The translations under genes and the position numbers were made by a program. A stretch of 19,436 bases of DNA, from contig JAYZAY010000006.1 in assembly GCA_036339465.1 (NCBI GenBank), positions 1-19,436 of the forward strand, written 5' to 3'. This document shows, in pieces, positions 7,743-16,590 of the stretch. The notes beneath the pieces were generated by a model. It searched no databases and was not told the DNA's origin. It saw only the letters and a program-made list of their open reading frames with translations. This DNA comes from Myxococcota bacterium. Lineage in GTDB: Bacteria; Myxococcota; XYA12-FULL-58-9; JABJBS01. Every line of letters begins with the position of its first letter. The stretch's first letter is position 1.

Positions 7743-8942
7743 TCAAGCAACACAATCCTTGGAATACCAATGTTCAAAAACGACCCAAAACAGCAAAAGA
7801 CCGACTCCCACCAAAACCGCCCCACTGAAAACAAGCCCTGTAGGATACACATCCAGCATTTCACCAAATATGGGATTCACCAGCAAAGCAGCAGACTCCC
7901 ATAATCCAGTATACAAGGCCATTCCGAGGCCTCGTGCATTGACCGGAACCCGACTGAAGAGTTGACTCACCAAAGCCGGAAAACCATAACCGTGACCAAT
8001 CCCCCCTAAAAAACCAGCAACCCAAAAAGACGATGCACTCTCCGCATTCGCAACAAGTAAATAGGCACCAAGATAGGCACCGAGAGCTGGCACCACAATG
8101 TTGTGAACCCCCAGTCTATCGGGGAGCTTTGCGCCTACTAAACGGATCCCTGCAGCAGTTAGCGCGTATATGATCCATATGCCGGTGGCTGCTTCTTTTC
8201 CGTAGGGCCGAGCGGTCACGGTTGAAAATGCGAGAAAGAGGGAAATTAAACCGGCCAAAATCCCGGCCGCAAATAAAACTGGTGCGATCTTCAAAAAATC
8301 GATCTCCCGAATCAGGGCTTTCACCTTTAGCCGGGCCACCAAGGCCGGAGACCCATGGGTTGGCTTCAACATCGCCAGACAGAAAAGTGATGTGGCAAGA
8401 AGCAATCCCACCAAAGGAAAGTAGTACCTCAAATCAGACACCTCAAATAGGGTCATCCCAATAAGAGGATTCACCGCCAGGGGTAAAAGACCAGAGGCCC
8501 CGAAAATAGCCAACCCCTCGGTGCGCCTCGAATCGGGAATATAGTCAGCTGCCAGGGCAAAATACCCCGTAAATAAAGTTCCCGCACCTATGCCAAAACA
8601 CAGTCGAGCAACATATGGCAGCCACGACATCTCACCAACAAACCCCAATAGGCCCAAACCAATGACCGCAATACAGGTGCCAACCACAAGTGTTCGACGC
8701 TTACCCCAAAGATCGAGCGCCAACCCCACCAGAGGACGCGCCAGTAAACCCCCAATCGCTGCACTGGCCATAACCTCCCCAATATTTTCACGGGTAGCAC
8801 CAAGACTCTCCAAAAAAACAGGGAGCATTGTCATAGAAGAATAGCCAAGGGCTTGAATGAAATGGGCCCCCGTTAACCATAGAAAATTCTGAGTCAAAAG
8901 CGGGTCCGGAGGGGACATCGTATTCACAGTCACTTGTTCCAT
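7743..8942 (-). CDS. MFS transporter
   Basis: 399 aa, about 12 hydrophobic segments, motif A-like GLALDLWGKRR and PDRLG, plus ADYIPDSRRTEG and ARGLGMALY. Confidence 0.92.
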   Translation of the reverse strand: MEQVTVNTMSPPDPLLTQNFLWLTGAHFIQALGYSSMTMLPVFLESLGATRENIGEVMASAAIGGLLARPLVGLALDLWGKRRTLVVGTCIAVIGLGLLGFVGEMSWLPYVARLCFGIGAGTLFTGYFALAADYIPDSRRTEGLAIFGASGLLPLAVNPLIGMTLFEVSDLRYYFPLVGLLLATSLFCLAMLKPTHGSPALVARLKVKALIREIDFLKIAPVLFAAGILAGLISLFLAFSTVTARPYGKEAATGIWIIYALTAAGIRLVGAKLPDRLGVHNIVVPALGAYLGAYLLVANAESASSFWVAGFLGGIGHGYGFPALVSQLFSRVPVNARGLGMALYTGLWESAALLVNPIFGEMLDVYPTGLVFSGAVLVGVGLLLFWVVFEHWYSKDCVA

Positions 8943-9009
8943 TGCAGCTCAACCGCCTTAGTATTGAGTTACTAAGCGGGAGAAAAAGAGAAAGGACAAG
9001 TACCGAGGT

Positions 9010-10143
9010 CTAAGAATCCCGTGTTTCTTCAACCAAATGATGTACAACGGAAACCAAAGCTTCCGCTTCAGTCTGTCCCCGGTCCAAGGAATTTCGAAAC
9101 ACTCTTAACTGCCGATCGGCGCTCGTCCCGCGCTCAAGAATCGTTCTTAAATGTAGAAGTTCATCGAGGCACCCAAGTTTCTCTGCATCGTAGCCAACAA
9201 GATCGATTAAATCATCCAGCTCTTCAGCCCAAGGAATAATCTTTCGACGCCCAAAATCTACCAGCCCCTCATCCAAACCATAGCGTTGAGCTCTCCATCG
9301 ATTTTCATTTAAAAGTGCCACTGAGTATTGGCGCCATTTTTGATTTTGGCGACGCAACCGCAACATACGATGACTCAATGAGAGATACATGGCCGTAAGA
9401 GCCAGAGCATCTTCGAGCTTCGTACAAACGTCCATGATGCGGACCTCAATGGTAGGGTAATGATGAGATGGTCGAATATCCCACCAAAGTTTACTGGCAT
9501 CTTCAATAATACCCGATTCCACCATCGTGAGGGTAAACCGCTGAAACTGTGCGTAGCTATCAAAATATTGCGGTAAACCGGTGCGGGGAAGTCCGTCAAA
9601 GACACTAAGCCGAAAACTCTTCAAACCGGTATCTCTTCCGCCCCAAAAAGGCGAAGATGTACTCAAAGCAAGTAAGTGGGGTACGAAATGGCAGATTTGA
9701 TTCATCAAATCGATTCGAAGATCCGGATCTGGAAGCCCCAAGTGAATATGCATCCCACAAGTAACCAATCTTTGGCCAATGGTTTGGAGCTCGCCGGCCA
9801 AAACAGAATACCGTGCCATAGAGGTCGGTTTTTGATCCGTCCATTTCGCAAAGGGATGGCACGCCGATGCTATTGGCGCTAGGCCAAACTTGTCGGCCTC
9901 TTCACAAATAATACCGCGTAACTCTTGAATCTGATTGCGTACTTCACCAATACTGTAACAAACTTTGGTACCGACTTCGATCTGACTCCTAAGAAACTCG
10001 TGTGAGACCTGCTCACCCAATCTTTTTTGGCAATTTTGAAATAATTCAGTCCCAGGATCATCTGCGAGATCCCCAGTCGCAACATCCACAAGTAGGTACT
10101 CTTCTTCAACCCCAACCGAAAAAGGACTGAGTGCTGCTTTCAT
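9010..10143 (-). CDS. ybdK: Carboxylate-amine ligase / glutamate-cysteine ligase 2 (GCS2, YbdK family)
   Basis: Family motifs VGVEEEYLLVD, EFLRSQIEVGT, CGMHIHLG, LLALSTSSPFW, LWWDIRPS..YPTIEVRIMD, ENRWRAQRYG, GTSADRQ. Confidence 0.93.
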   Translation of the reverse strand: MKAALSPFSVGVEEEYLLVDVATGDLADDPGTELFQNCQKRLGEQVSHEFLRSQIEVGTKVCYSIGEVRNQIQELRGIICEEADKFGLAPIASACHPFAKWTDQKPTSMARYSVLAGELQTIGQRLVTCGMHIHLGLPDPDLRIDLMNQICHFVPHLLALSTSSPFWGGRDTGLKSFRLSVFDGLPRTGLPQYFDSYAQFQRFTLTMVESGIIEDASKLWWDIRPSHHYPTIEVRIMDVCTKLEDALALTAMYLSLSHRMLRLRRQNQKWRQYSVALLNENRWRAQRYGLDEGLVDFGRRKIIPWAEELDDLIDLVGYDAEKLGCLDELLHLRTILERGTSADRQLRVFRNSLDRGQTEAEALVSVVHHLVEETRDS

Positions 10144-10257
10144 CAAATTCCCCCGAAAAGAAAACCAGGTAGTTAAACTTCATTCCATAATGTGCATTCT
10201 AAAAATAAAAATTCGCCCTAAACACGATATCCTGCGCGCGTTGTTTAAATGTAGGAC

Positions 10258-10374
10258 CTACTGCTGATGGGCCCATAGAATCTCCATCCTGATAATATTG
10301 CCAATGTTTCCGGCAGAGACAGACAACGAAATAATGGTGGAAGCGACAAATAGAAAGCATGCTCTAAGCATCAT
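10258..10374 (-). CDS. Possible 38-aa secreted peptide or gene remnant
   Basis: AAGGA SD 6 nt before ATG 10374. MMLRACFLFVASTIISLSVSA|GNIGNIIRMEILWAHQQ* has a Sec-type signal. Below the ORF-track length cut-off. Confidence 0.3.
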   Translation of the reverse strand: MMLRACFLFVASTIISLSVSAGNIGNIIRMEILWAHQQ

Positions 10375-10456
10375 TCATATTCCTTTTGAAAGATTATAAT
10401 ACAAATTGTGTCTTACCCCCTATTCACTAGACATTACAAACCATGAGTTGAGGCCC

Positions 10457-10485
10457 TTGCCATGTCTATCTGGGGCATCTAAAAT
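10457..10485 (+). promoter_or_regulatory. Sigma70-type promoter giving a probable leaderless transcript
   Basis: TTGCCA (10457-10462), 17 nt, TAAAAT (10480-10485), 6 nt, ATG 10492. No SD present. Confidence 0.6.
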
Positions 10486-10491
10486 TCAACC

Positions 10492-11103
10492 ATGAAAGCA
10501 ATTTGTATCGGCAGGAATTATTTGATGCACATTGACGAACTTGGAAATACCAAACCTGAGTCGCCCGTGCTCTTCATCAAACCCAAAACAGCCATCGTTC
10601 ATCAGCCAACAAGAATCGCTCTGCCCTCATTCACTATGGAGCTTCATCATGAAGCGGAGCTTGTATTGCGAATATCCAAATTGGCAAAAGATGTGGCGCG
10701 AGAAACCGCACTCGATTGCGTAGATGCAATCACCATTGGCCTAGATTTGACAGCACGTGACATTCAGCGAGAATTGAAGAGCAAAAAACTTCCCTGGGAA
10801 AAGTCAAAGGCCTTCGATGGGTCGGCTGTTTTAGGCAAGTTTTTACCACTGTCGAACAAGTCACAACTCTTCGAGCTATTGTTTTCATTGGACTTAAATG
10901 GAGAACTGAAACAAATGGGCAACACCAAAGATATGCTCTTTGGCCCTGAAGAAATCATCTCCTATTGCTCTAAGTTTTTCACTTTAGAGAGAGGAGATTA
11001 CATTTTTACGGGAACGCCCAAGGGGGTTGGCCCCCTCACATCGGGCGATAAAATTGTAGGAAAAATACGAGAGGAAACTCTCTTGGAAGTGGTGGTCGAT
11101 TAA
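10492..11103 (+). CDS. Fumarylacetoacetate hydrolase family protein (FAHD1/YcgM-like)
   Basis: ICIGRNY..HIDEL, LFIKPKT, LHHEAELV, GLDLTARDIQ, PWEKSKAFDGSA, GDYIFTGTPKGVG. Confidence 0.95.
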   Translation: MKAICIGRNYLMHIDELGNTKPESPVLFIKPKTAIVHQPTRIALPSFTMELHHEAELVLRISKLAKDVARETALDCVDAITIGLDLTARDIQRELKSKKLPWEKSKAFDGSAVLGKFLPLSNKSQLFELLFSLDLNGELKQMGNTKDMLFGPEEIISYCSKFFTLERGDYIFTGTPKGVGPLTSGDKIVGKIREETLLEVVVD

Positions 11104-11106
11104 TAC

Positions 11107-12270
11107 TTACTGATTGACCAATGTGCAATGGGGAGCAATTCCCGCAGGTAAACCATCGGTTAGGATAGGACTTTGAGTCCCCGCTTTGTGGATCTTTAAA
11201 AAGTCGATGACCACTGAACCCCAAATACCTGGGTGATTGGTGTGCCCATTTTCATGGGCGCAGTCCACCAAAGTTCGATTGTGCGCTGGCAAAAAATCTT
11301 TCGCAAATTGGGCGCTGTTTTCAAAACTAATAATCCTCACCTGGCCATTTTCATCGGGCTGAATTCCCGCCATCTGTAATTGGCTATCCATTCCACCAGG
11401 CTGGGGCCAAACATCACGACCTTCACCGCCGTGCGTTTGGAGTACGGCTCCTGTATCGGAAAGTTTCAAATCATCCCATTTCATGTTGATTTGCGATTTC
11501 AAAAAACCCATTTGAATATCGTCAACGGTGTTCGGGTCGTTAAACCATGCCCCCGAAAGAGACGCCACGGCAGCGACCATTTCGGGATATCGAGAATGCA
11601 AAGCGTTGGCTAGAATGGCTCCCCCACTAAAGCCTAACACGTATATACGCTGGGTATCGATGGTAAAAGAGGTGCTCAAACAACCGAGCACTTCTTCAAA
11701 AAGGGCCGCCTCAATATTACCATCGTTACGCTCAAACTCAAAGCTGGCCCATTCAGCTCCCCGCGGCTGATTCCAGGGCCAAAGGGCAAGTCCCTGGGGT
11801 GCGATAAAGACATAGGGAAAATTTGGGTCTGCATCCACGAGCCGGTGTGCGCCGGCCACTGCAAAACTACTCACCTGACTGGGGTTCATTCCCGTTCCAT
11901 GAAAACCGAAGACAACCGCCACGGGCGTACCGGCCGTCACATTAGGCAAATAGGCTTCGAAACTTCGCCCCTGGCCACCGATGGTCATTTGGTTATTTCC
12001 CTCAGCCACTTGAGCCCCGGTGTTACAACCAAAAAGGATCGCCGGAGAAGTTGTGCCTCCACCGCTTACAGTACCAGGGCTAGACGTCCCGCCTGTGTTA
12101 CTACCCGGTATCGTGGTTTGGGTTTGCTCCCCCTGACTTCCAGCTTGGGTTTCGCCACCCGTCGCTGCTGTATTCACCCCAGGTTCAACGGTAGACTCAG
12201 GGGTGCCTTCACCACAAAAACTTAAACCAATAGCCAAAAGAAAAACCAAAAACGGGCGAAATCGATGCAT
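11107..12270 (-). CDS. Alpha/beta-hydrolase (PHB depolymerase/LpqC-like esterase), probable lipoprotein
   Basis: Signal ending GLSF|C, Thr/Gly linker, VVFGFHGTG oxyanion motif, FIAPQG, RIYVLGFSGGA nucleophile elbow, THGGEGRD and HENGH candidate Asp and His. SD AAGGAAGG. Confidence 0.82.
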   Translation of the reverse strand: MHRFRPFLVFLLAIGLSFCGEGTPESTVEPGVNTAATGGETQAGSQGEQTQTTIPGSNTGGTSSPGTVSGGGTTSPAILFGCNTGAQVAEGNNQMTIGGQGRSFEAYLPNVTAGTPVAVVFGFHGTGMNPSQVSSFAVAGAHRLVDADPNFPYVFIAPQGLALWPWNQPRGAEWASFEFERNDGNIEAALFEEVLGCLSTSFTIDTQRIYVLGFSGGAILANALHSRYPEMVAAVASLSGAWFNDPNTVDDIQMGFLKSQINMKWDDLKLSDTGAVLQTHGGEGRDVWPQPGGMDSQLQMAGIQPDENGQVRIISFENSAQFAKDFLPAHNRTLVDCAHENGHTNHPGIWGSVVIDFLKIHKAGTQSPILTDGLPAGIAPHCTLVNQ

Positions 12271-12875
12271 AAAACCTTCCTTGAGTGTGGGTCCACAAGG
12301 ACATAGGAATACCTTCCCAAACTTGTCAAACTCTTAATCCAGCAAATCCAAAAGAGTGATCAGCAACACGTTCTAATTCAAGCCCAATCCCAGTACCCTT
12401 CAAAATAGGCATCCACTTTCCGGACCGCCATATCTACCGAAGAGTAGCTTCTTGGCGGTTTGCCATTTTTCCTCGTTCAAGTTTTAAGCACGAATGTGGC
12501 TATTAGTCCTCACAATCATACCCCAAATAAACATTGGCCCTCGCCTTCCCGCTCTTGGCCATGACCTAAATAGCCAAATCATCCTGGGATATATGATTAA
12601 GCTCAATGTTCTATCCAAATCTACTTTTTGCCGCTCCAACACGTTTTTTTGGAAGCGGTCATAATTGACGGCAGCTCCTTGCAGTAACTTACGAAAATAC
12701 CACATTCGGCGAAAGAATCGCCCTGGTTGCATTTTCAGTAGGGGCTGGGGCAGGAGCTTTCATACACTCCATACACCCATTGAGCCCATTCATATTGCCA
12801 ACAACCCTTCCAGGAAAATCAACGACACTGTGGAACCGGTAAAACAGACAAAAACCAAAAAGATAAAGCCTCGAA

Positions 12876-15122
12876 TTAGTAAGATTTGCCAAACATCTTA
12901 AGTTTTGACTTGCGGCTATCCTCAATACTCTCGAGAAGAACTTCAAAGTAATGAATTTCGTCGTTAAAATTGAAGTGGCTTCGTTCCATACCTTCTACAA
13001 AGGCAATCTGAATCTCAATATCATCATAATGACGGATCCCTATATACTTTACGAGCTCAAACCGACGTTGCGAACTCAAGTGAGAAATGTAGTGCATAAA
13101 AGGTGGTTCTTTTTTGAACGTCGAAGTGTCAAAAAATAACTGGGCAAAAAGTCGGAAACCCTCACTATCATCGCACTGGGTAAAAGCCCAAGCCAAACCT
13201 CGTCTGACCAAAGGATCCTCAGCTTTTTCAGATGCAAGAAGTGTTCGAAGTTCGGGAAGGAAAGTGGCATCCTTCAGTTGCCCGATAACATAAAGGGTCG
13301 ATGCAATCTCGCCCGCTTCCTTAACTGGTAATAGCGTTTCACGAACTAAGGCGGCGAAAGCCACCCTTTGGTTTCGGAAAACCCCCAATCCCATTAAGGC
13401 ATTCGCACGGACCCGCGGTATTTCTGAATTCCTATGGAGCCAAAAATATTGTATCAAGGTTGGGTCCTTAAACAAGCTCAATACTTCCAAAGTATTCGCA
13501 ACAACTCGGTGATCTGGATCCTCCAATCCATTCAACAAGAATGGAATTGCCTTACGTCCATACAAAGAAGCGATAACCCTTGCAGCATTCATTCGAACCT
13601 TCAAGCTATAGCTCCGCTCTTTGGCCATCATGACATTCGAAATAAATTGCAAGGCCCGATATCGATTTGTCACCTTTAAAGAATCCAAAACGGCGAATTG
13701 TATTTCCTCCTGAGGCGTATCAAATTGCTTCAAGATAACCTCAATCGTCGAGTTGTTCGGATTCGAGTAGCCCAGTGCCATAATGATATTTTTTCTCAAA
13801 ACTTGTTTTGGGTTCGTCTCCAGGAGTGCCGTCATGGTCGTCTCGTATTCCGGTGGCTTCAAGAACGAAAGGACGCGTATGGCAGGGATACGAAGCGCCC
13901 GTCTTCCGGAAGAAACAAAGGCATTTAAACAGCGAACCATCGACTTTTTCACAAACGGAACGGCGCACAATCCCCCAGCGGAAATTATGGCCAATACGAC
14001 TGAAAGCCCGACTCTTTGGTTAATCCCTTCAATCTGACTGGCATAATAATAAACCGCTGTAAGAGGGATAGCGATAGCTGTAGAGTAGGAAAAACCGTGG
14101 AGTGCCCGGGCCTTGAGTTTAATATCCTCAGCAAAACCCATCACAATCATTTGAATCCCTTGGTTATAGAGACACACCTCACAAACTCTCCGAATAACTC
14201 CAAGTCCGACAAAGACAAAGAGAGCGTTCTCCACTGCCGCAATAGTCGCCACCAGAGCAATCAATCCCCCATAAATCCCAATGAGCCGATAAGGAGAAAC
14301 ATGTTTTTTCTCCACAAGCCGACCCGTCAAAAGACTAAATAAAATGACCCCAAAACTCACAGCAATATAATAGGACTCCAAAAGTTCACGCATATTCGCG
14401 AATGAACCAAGCTCTTCCTTGATCACGACATTAATCAAATACCCTTCCGTGACCTTGCTCGCACCAAAAATGGCCGCCAACAGGGCAAACAAGCGAAAAA
14501 ATGCCTTGAGCAGGGTTGATTCCTCGTCACTGGTTGTCCCGTCCTTTTTGGCAAGGTCTTCAAAACGAACTTCGAGATTTTTGAGTGGGACAAATTGGAT
14601 AAGGATGAACACGCCCGTAATCAGATACAGTACGGCGGTAAATAAAAGAGCCCTGGTAGGCTCTAAATCCGAGAAAAATAGCTTTCTTAAAGCAATACTC
14701 AGAAGTGTCCCAAGCTCCATCGCCATACTCATGTAAGCAAAATAAGAATGGGTGATCACTGGATTCAGGTGTCTACCGAGTATTTCCGCACAAATCCAAT
14801 GGTGGAAGCCCAAACTCAAGGCCACAAGAAAGGACCATCCAAACGCAAACAAAATCCCCCCTGGAACCAAGGTTCCGAGGGCAAAAGTTACCCCCATCAC
14901 CAGGGTCAGGGTGGCGGATGGAATGGAGAATTTAGACTTGTTCCAATTGAGCTTGAAAAGAATCGAATAGTAGGCAATGGAACCAACGGTGGCTAGCACA
15001 AGTGCGTAAATAGGATCGACCAAAGACAAAAGATAAGCTTCTGAGGAAATGCGCGCAATTGTGAGACTGGCACCTACCAGCACCCCCAAAACAATGACCG
15101 CAATTCGATTATTCAACATCAT
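12876..15122 (-). CDS. Membrane protein with MFS/Npt(TLC)-like N-terminal domain and C-terminal HEAT repeats
   Basis: About 390 aa of multiple TM segments followed by HEAT-like units (VLRKNIIMALG, EEIQFAVLDSL, KVRMNAARVIASL, DPDHRVVANTLEVL, PRVRANALMGLG, LVRRGLAWAF). Confidence 0.75.
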   Translation of the reverse strand: MMLNNRIAVIVLGVLVGASLTIARISSEAYLLSLVDPIYALVLATVGSIAYYSILFKLNWNKSKFSIPSATLTLVMGVTFALGTLVPGGILFAFGWSFLVALSLGFHHWICAEILGRHLNPVITHSYFAYMSMAMELGTLLSIALRKLFFSDLEPTRALLFTAVLYLITGVFILIQFVPLKNLEVRFEDLAKKDGTTSDEESTLLKAFFRLFALLAAIFGASKVTEGYLINVVIKEELGSFANMRELLESYYIAVSFGVILFSLLTGRLVEKKHVSPYRLIGIYGGLIALVATIAAVENALFVFVGLGVIRRVCEVCLYNQGIQMIVMGFAEDIKLKARALHGFSYSTAIAIPLTAVYYYASQIEGINQRVGLSVVLAIISAGGLCAVPFVKKSMVRCLNAFVSSGRRALRIPAIRVLSFLKPPEYETTMTALLETNPKQVLRKNIIMALGYSNPNNSTIEVILKQFDTPQEEIQFAVLDSLKVTNRYRALQFISNVMMAKERSYSLKVRMNAARVIASLYGRKAIPFLLNGLEDPDHRVVANTLEVLSLFKDPTLIQYFWLHRNSEIPRVRANALMGLGVFRNQRVAFAALVRETLLPVKEAGEIASTLYVIGQLKDATFLPELRTLLASEKAEDPLVRRGLAWAFTQCDDSEGFRLFAQLFFDTSTFKKEPPFMHYISHLSSQRRFELVKYIGIRHYDDIEIQIAFVEGMERSHFNFNDEIHYFEVLLESIEDSRKSKLKMFGKSY

Positions 15123-15274
15123 TCATAGCCTATTTCAGTTAGGAGCGAATCCTAAAACCCACACAAACCTCCAAAACTTCCTCCCATTCTCAACACTGCC
15201 CGCTACCACAAAACCCAGGTGTTGCCCAACCTCAGCCAGTGTACCTCCTTCTGGCTTCTTGCTCCCTGAAATTT

Positions 15275-16408
15275 TCACGTCGCCAAGTTCTTTTCCCCAA
15301 CCGAACCCGGTTCTGGCGTCATGGCCGCTCGACACTGTTCCATACTATCGAAAAACTGAGCGGACAAAAAGCGAGTATCACCAGATAACCAAGATTTTAC
15401 CTCATTCCCCGCAACAAAAAACGGTTTCGCCCCTACGCACACGATTAACTTCGTGATATTTTCTAACATCGTCATCAGTTCGTCATTCTTTTCAGGTTCT
15501 CCCACATCAATTGCGATTTCCTGGTAACAGCTCGCAACCATTTTTCTCACCTGGCAAACCAACTCGGCATGAATCACCGGTCTTCGTTCAGCCTGAATCT
15601 CTGGGGTCCCCGAGAGGACCTCTTTGAGTGAAATCGTGTTTTTCTCGGTCAAAATATTAAGATGGTCATTGTGCGGAGCAATCCGATAGCGGATGAGAGG
15701 CTTCTGAGATTCATCCATGGGCTTGAGAAAAAATCCATCGAGATTCATGACACGGCTCCAGCGTTCGGGGTTGGGCCAATCGCCGAGGCATGTCCCAAAC
15801 ACTTTTAACGCCTTAACTTTATCCCGCATTTCATCCACAAGATCTCTGAGCATTGGTCCCAGAAATTCAATATCCAGACAAACAACATCAATTTTTTCCC
15901 TCAGAAGTGCTTTCCGCAGAGCACCCAAGTCATCCACGTGTAAGACTTGAACGGTGGTTGGAAGCAACACTCTAAACCTAGATGCAGTCTGCTCAAACTC
16001 ATCGAAAACAAGCAGTGTCCGCTCAATATCCGACTCTTGTTCGACCTCAACATTTACATTCAAGATGTCCATGGCCCTTGAAAGAAGTTGCTCAGGCACA
16101 ATCGGCTTAAGAAAATACGTTTCAATGCCATGTTGCACCATGGATGCGATCACCGCGGTTCTCACTTCGCTGGTCAAAAGGACCACGGGCGTTTTATTGC
16201 CGCGCCGACGTATTTCCTGCAGTACTTCTGGACCATCCATATCCGGCATTTGGATGTCGAGAAAAATCAGATCTACTTCGTTATTCTCCAGAAATTCGAG
16301 AGCAGCACCCCCACTATCTGCTTCCGACACGTCAAAATGTTTTCGCAAAACAGCGGCCGCAATCATACGATCGGTCTGGCTATCATCAACCAACAAAATT
16401 CGGGGCAT
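15275..16408 (-). CDS. Response regulator: canonical REC, degenerate second REC and STAS-like C-terminus
   Basis: RILLVDDS..LIFLDIQMPDMDG..LLTS..FLKP. Second unit LLVFDE..VVCLDIEF..FFLKP. C-terminal IAIDV...FFDSMEQCRAA. GAGGTG SD before ATG 16408. Confidence 0.85.
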   Translation of the reverse strand: MPRILLVDDSQTDRMIAAAVLRKHFDVSEADSGGAALEFLENNEVDLIFLDIQMPDMDGPEVLQEIRRRGNKTPVVLLTSEVRTAVIASMVQHGIETYFLKPIVPEQLLSRAMDILNVNVEVEQESDIERTLLVFDEFEQTASRFRVLLPTTVQVLHVDDLGALRKALLREKIDVVCLDIEFLGPMLRDLVDEMRDKVKALKVFGTCLGDWPNPERWSRVMNLDGFFLKPMDESQKPLIRYRIAPHNDHLNILTEKNTISLKEVLSGTPEIQAERRPVIHAELVCQVRKMVASCYQEIAIDVGEPEKNDELMTMLENITKLIVCVGAKPFFVAGNEVKSWLSGDTRFLSAQFFDSMEQCRAAMTPEPGSVGEKNLAT

Positions 16409-16590
16409 CAACAACTCACCTCGATCGAGGCTAGCAAGGTTCCAGGACCATTTTCAACGAAGCATCAATTTTTTTTGCCGAAGACAGAAGACAGCGGATG
16501 AAACACAGGCACACCCATTTTCGCCTACATCAGCAGCACCCAAAAATCGTGAATTGTCATACTCCGATAGACCGTGCTAATCCACATAGA

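Noticed and set aside
7718..7867. Upstream extension of the cupredoxin ORF
   Set aside because: Overlaps the MFS gene; the SD and lipoprotein signal start at 7717.
12330..12875. Short ORFs in the gap between the esterase and HEAT genes
   Set aside because: No convincing SD, motifs or composition; treated as intergenic.
15954..16580. 208-aa plus-strand ORF
   Set aside because: Ser/Arg-rich antisense shadow of the response regulator.
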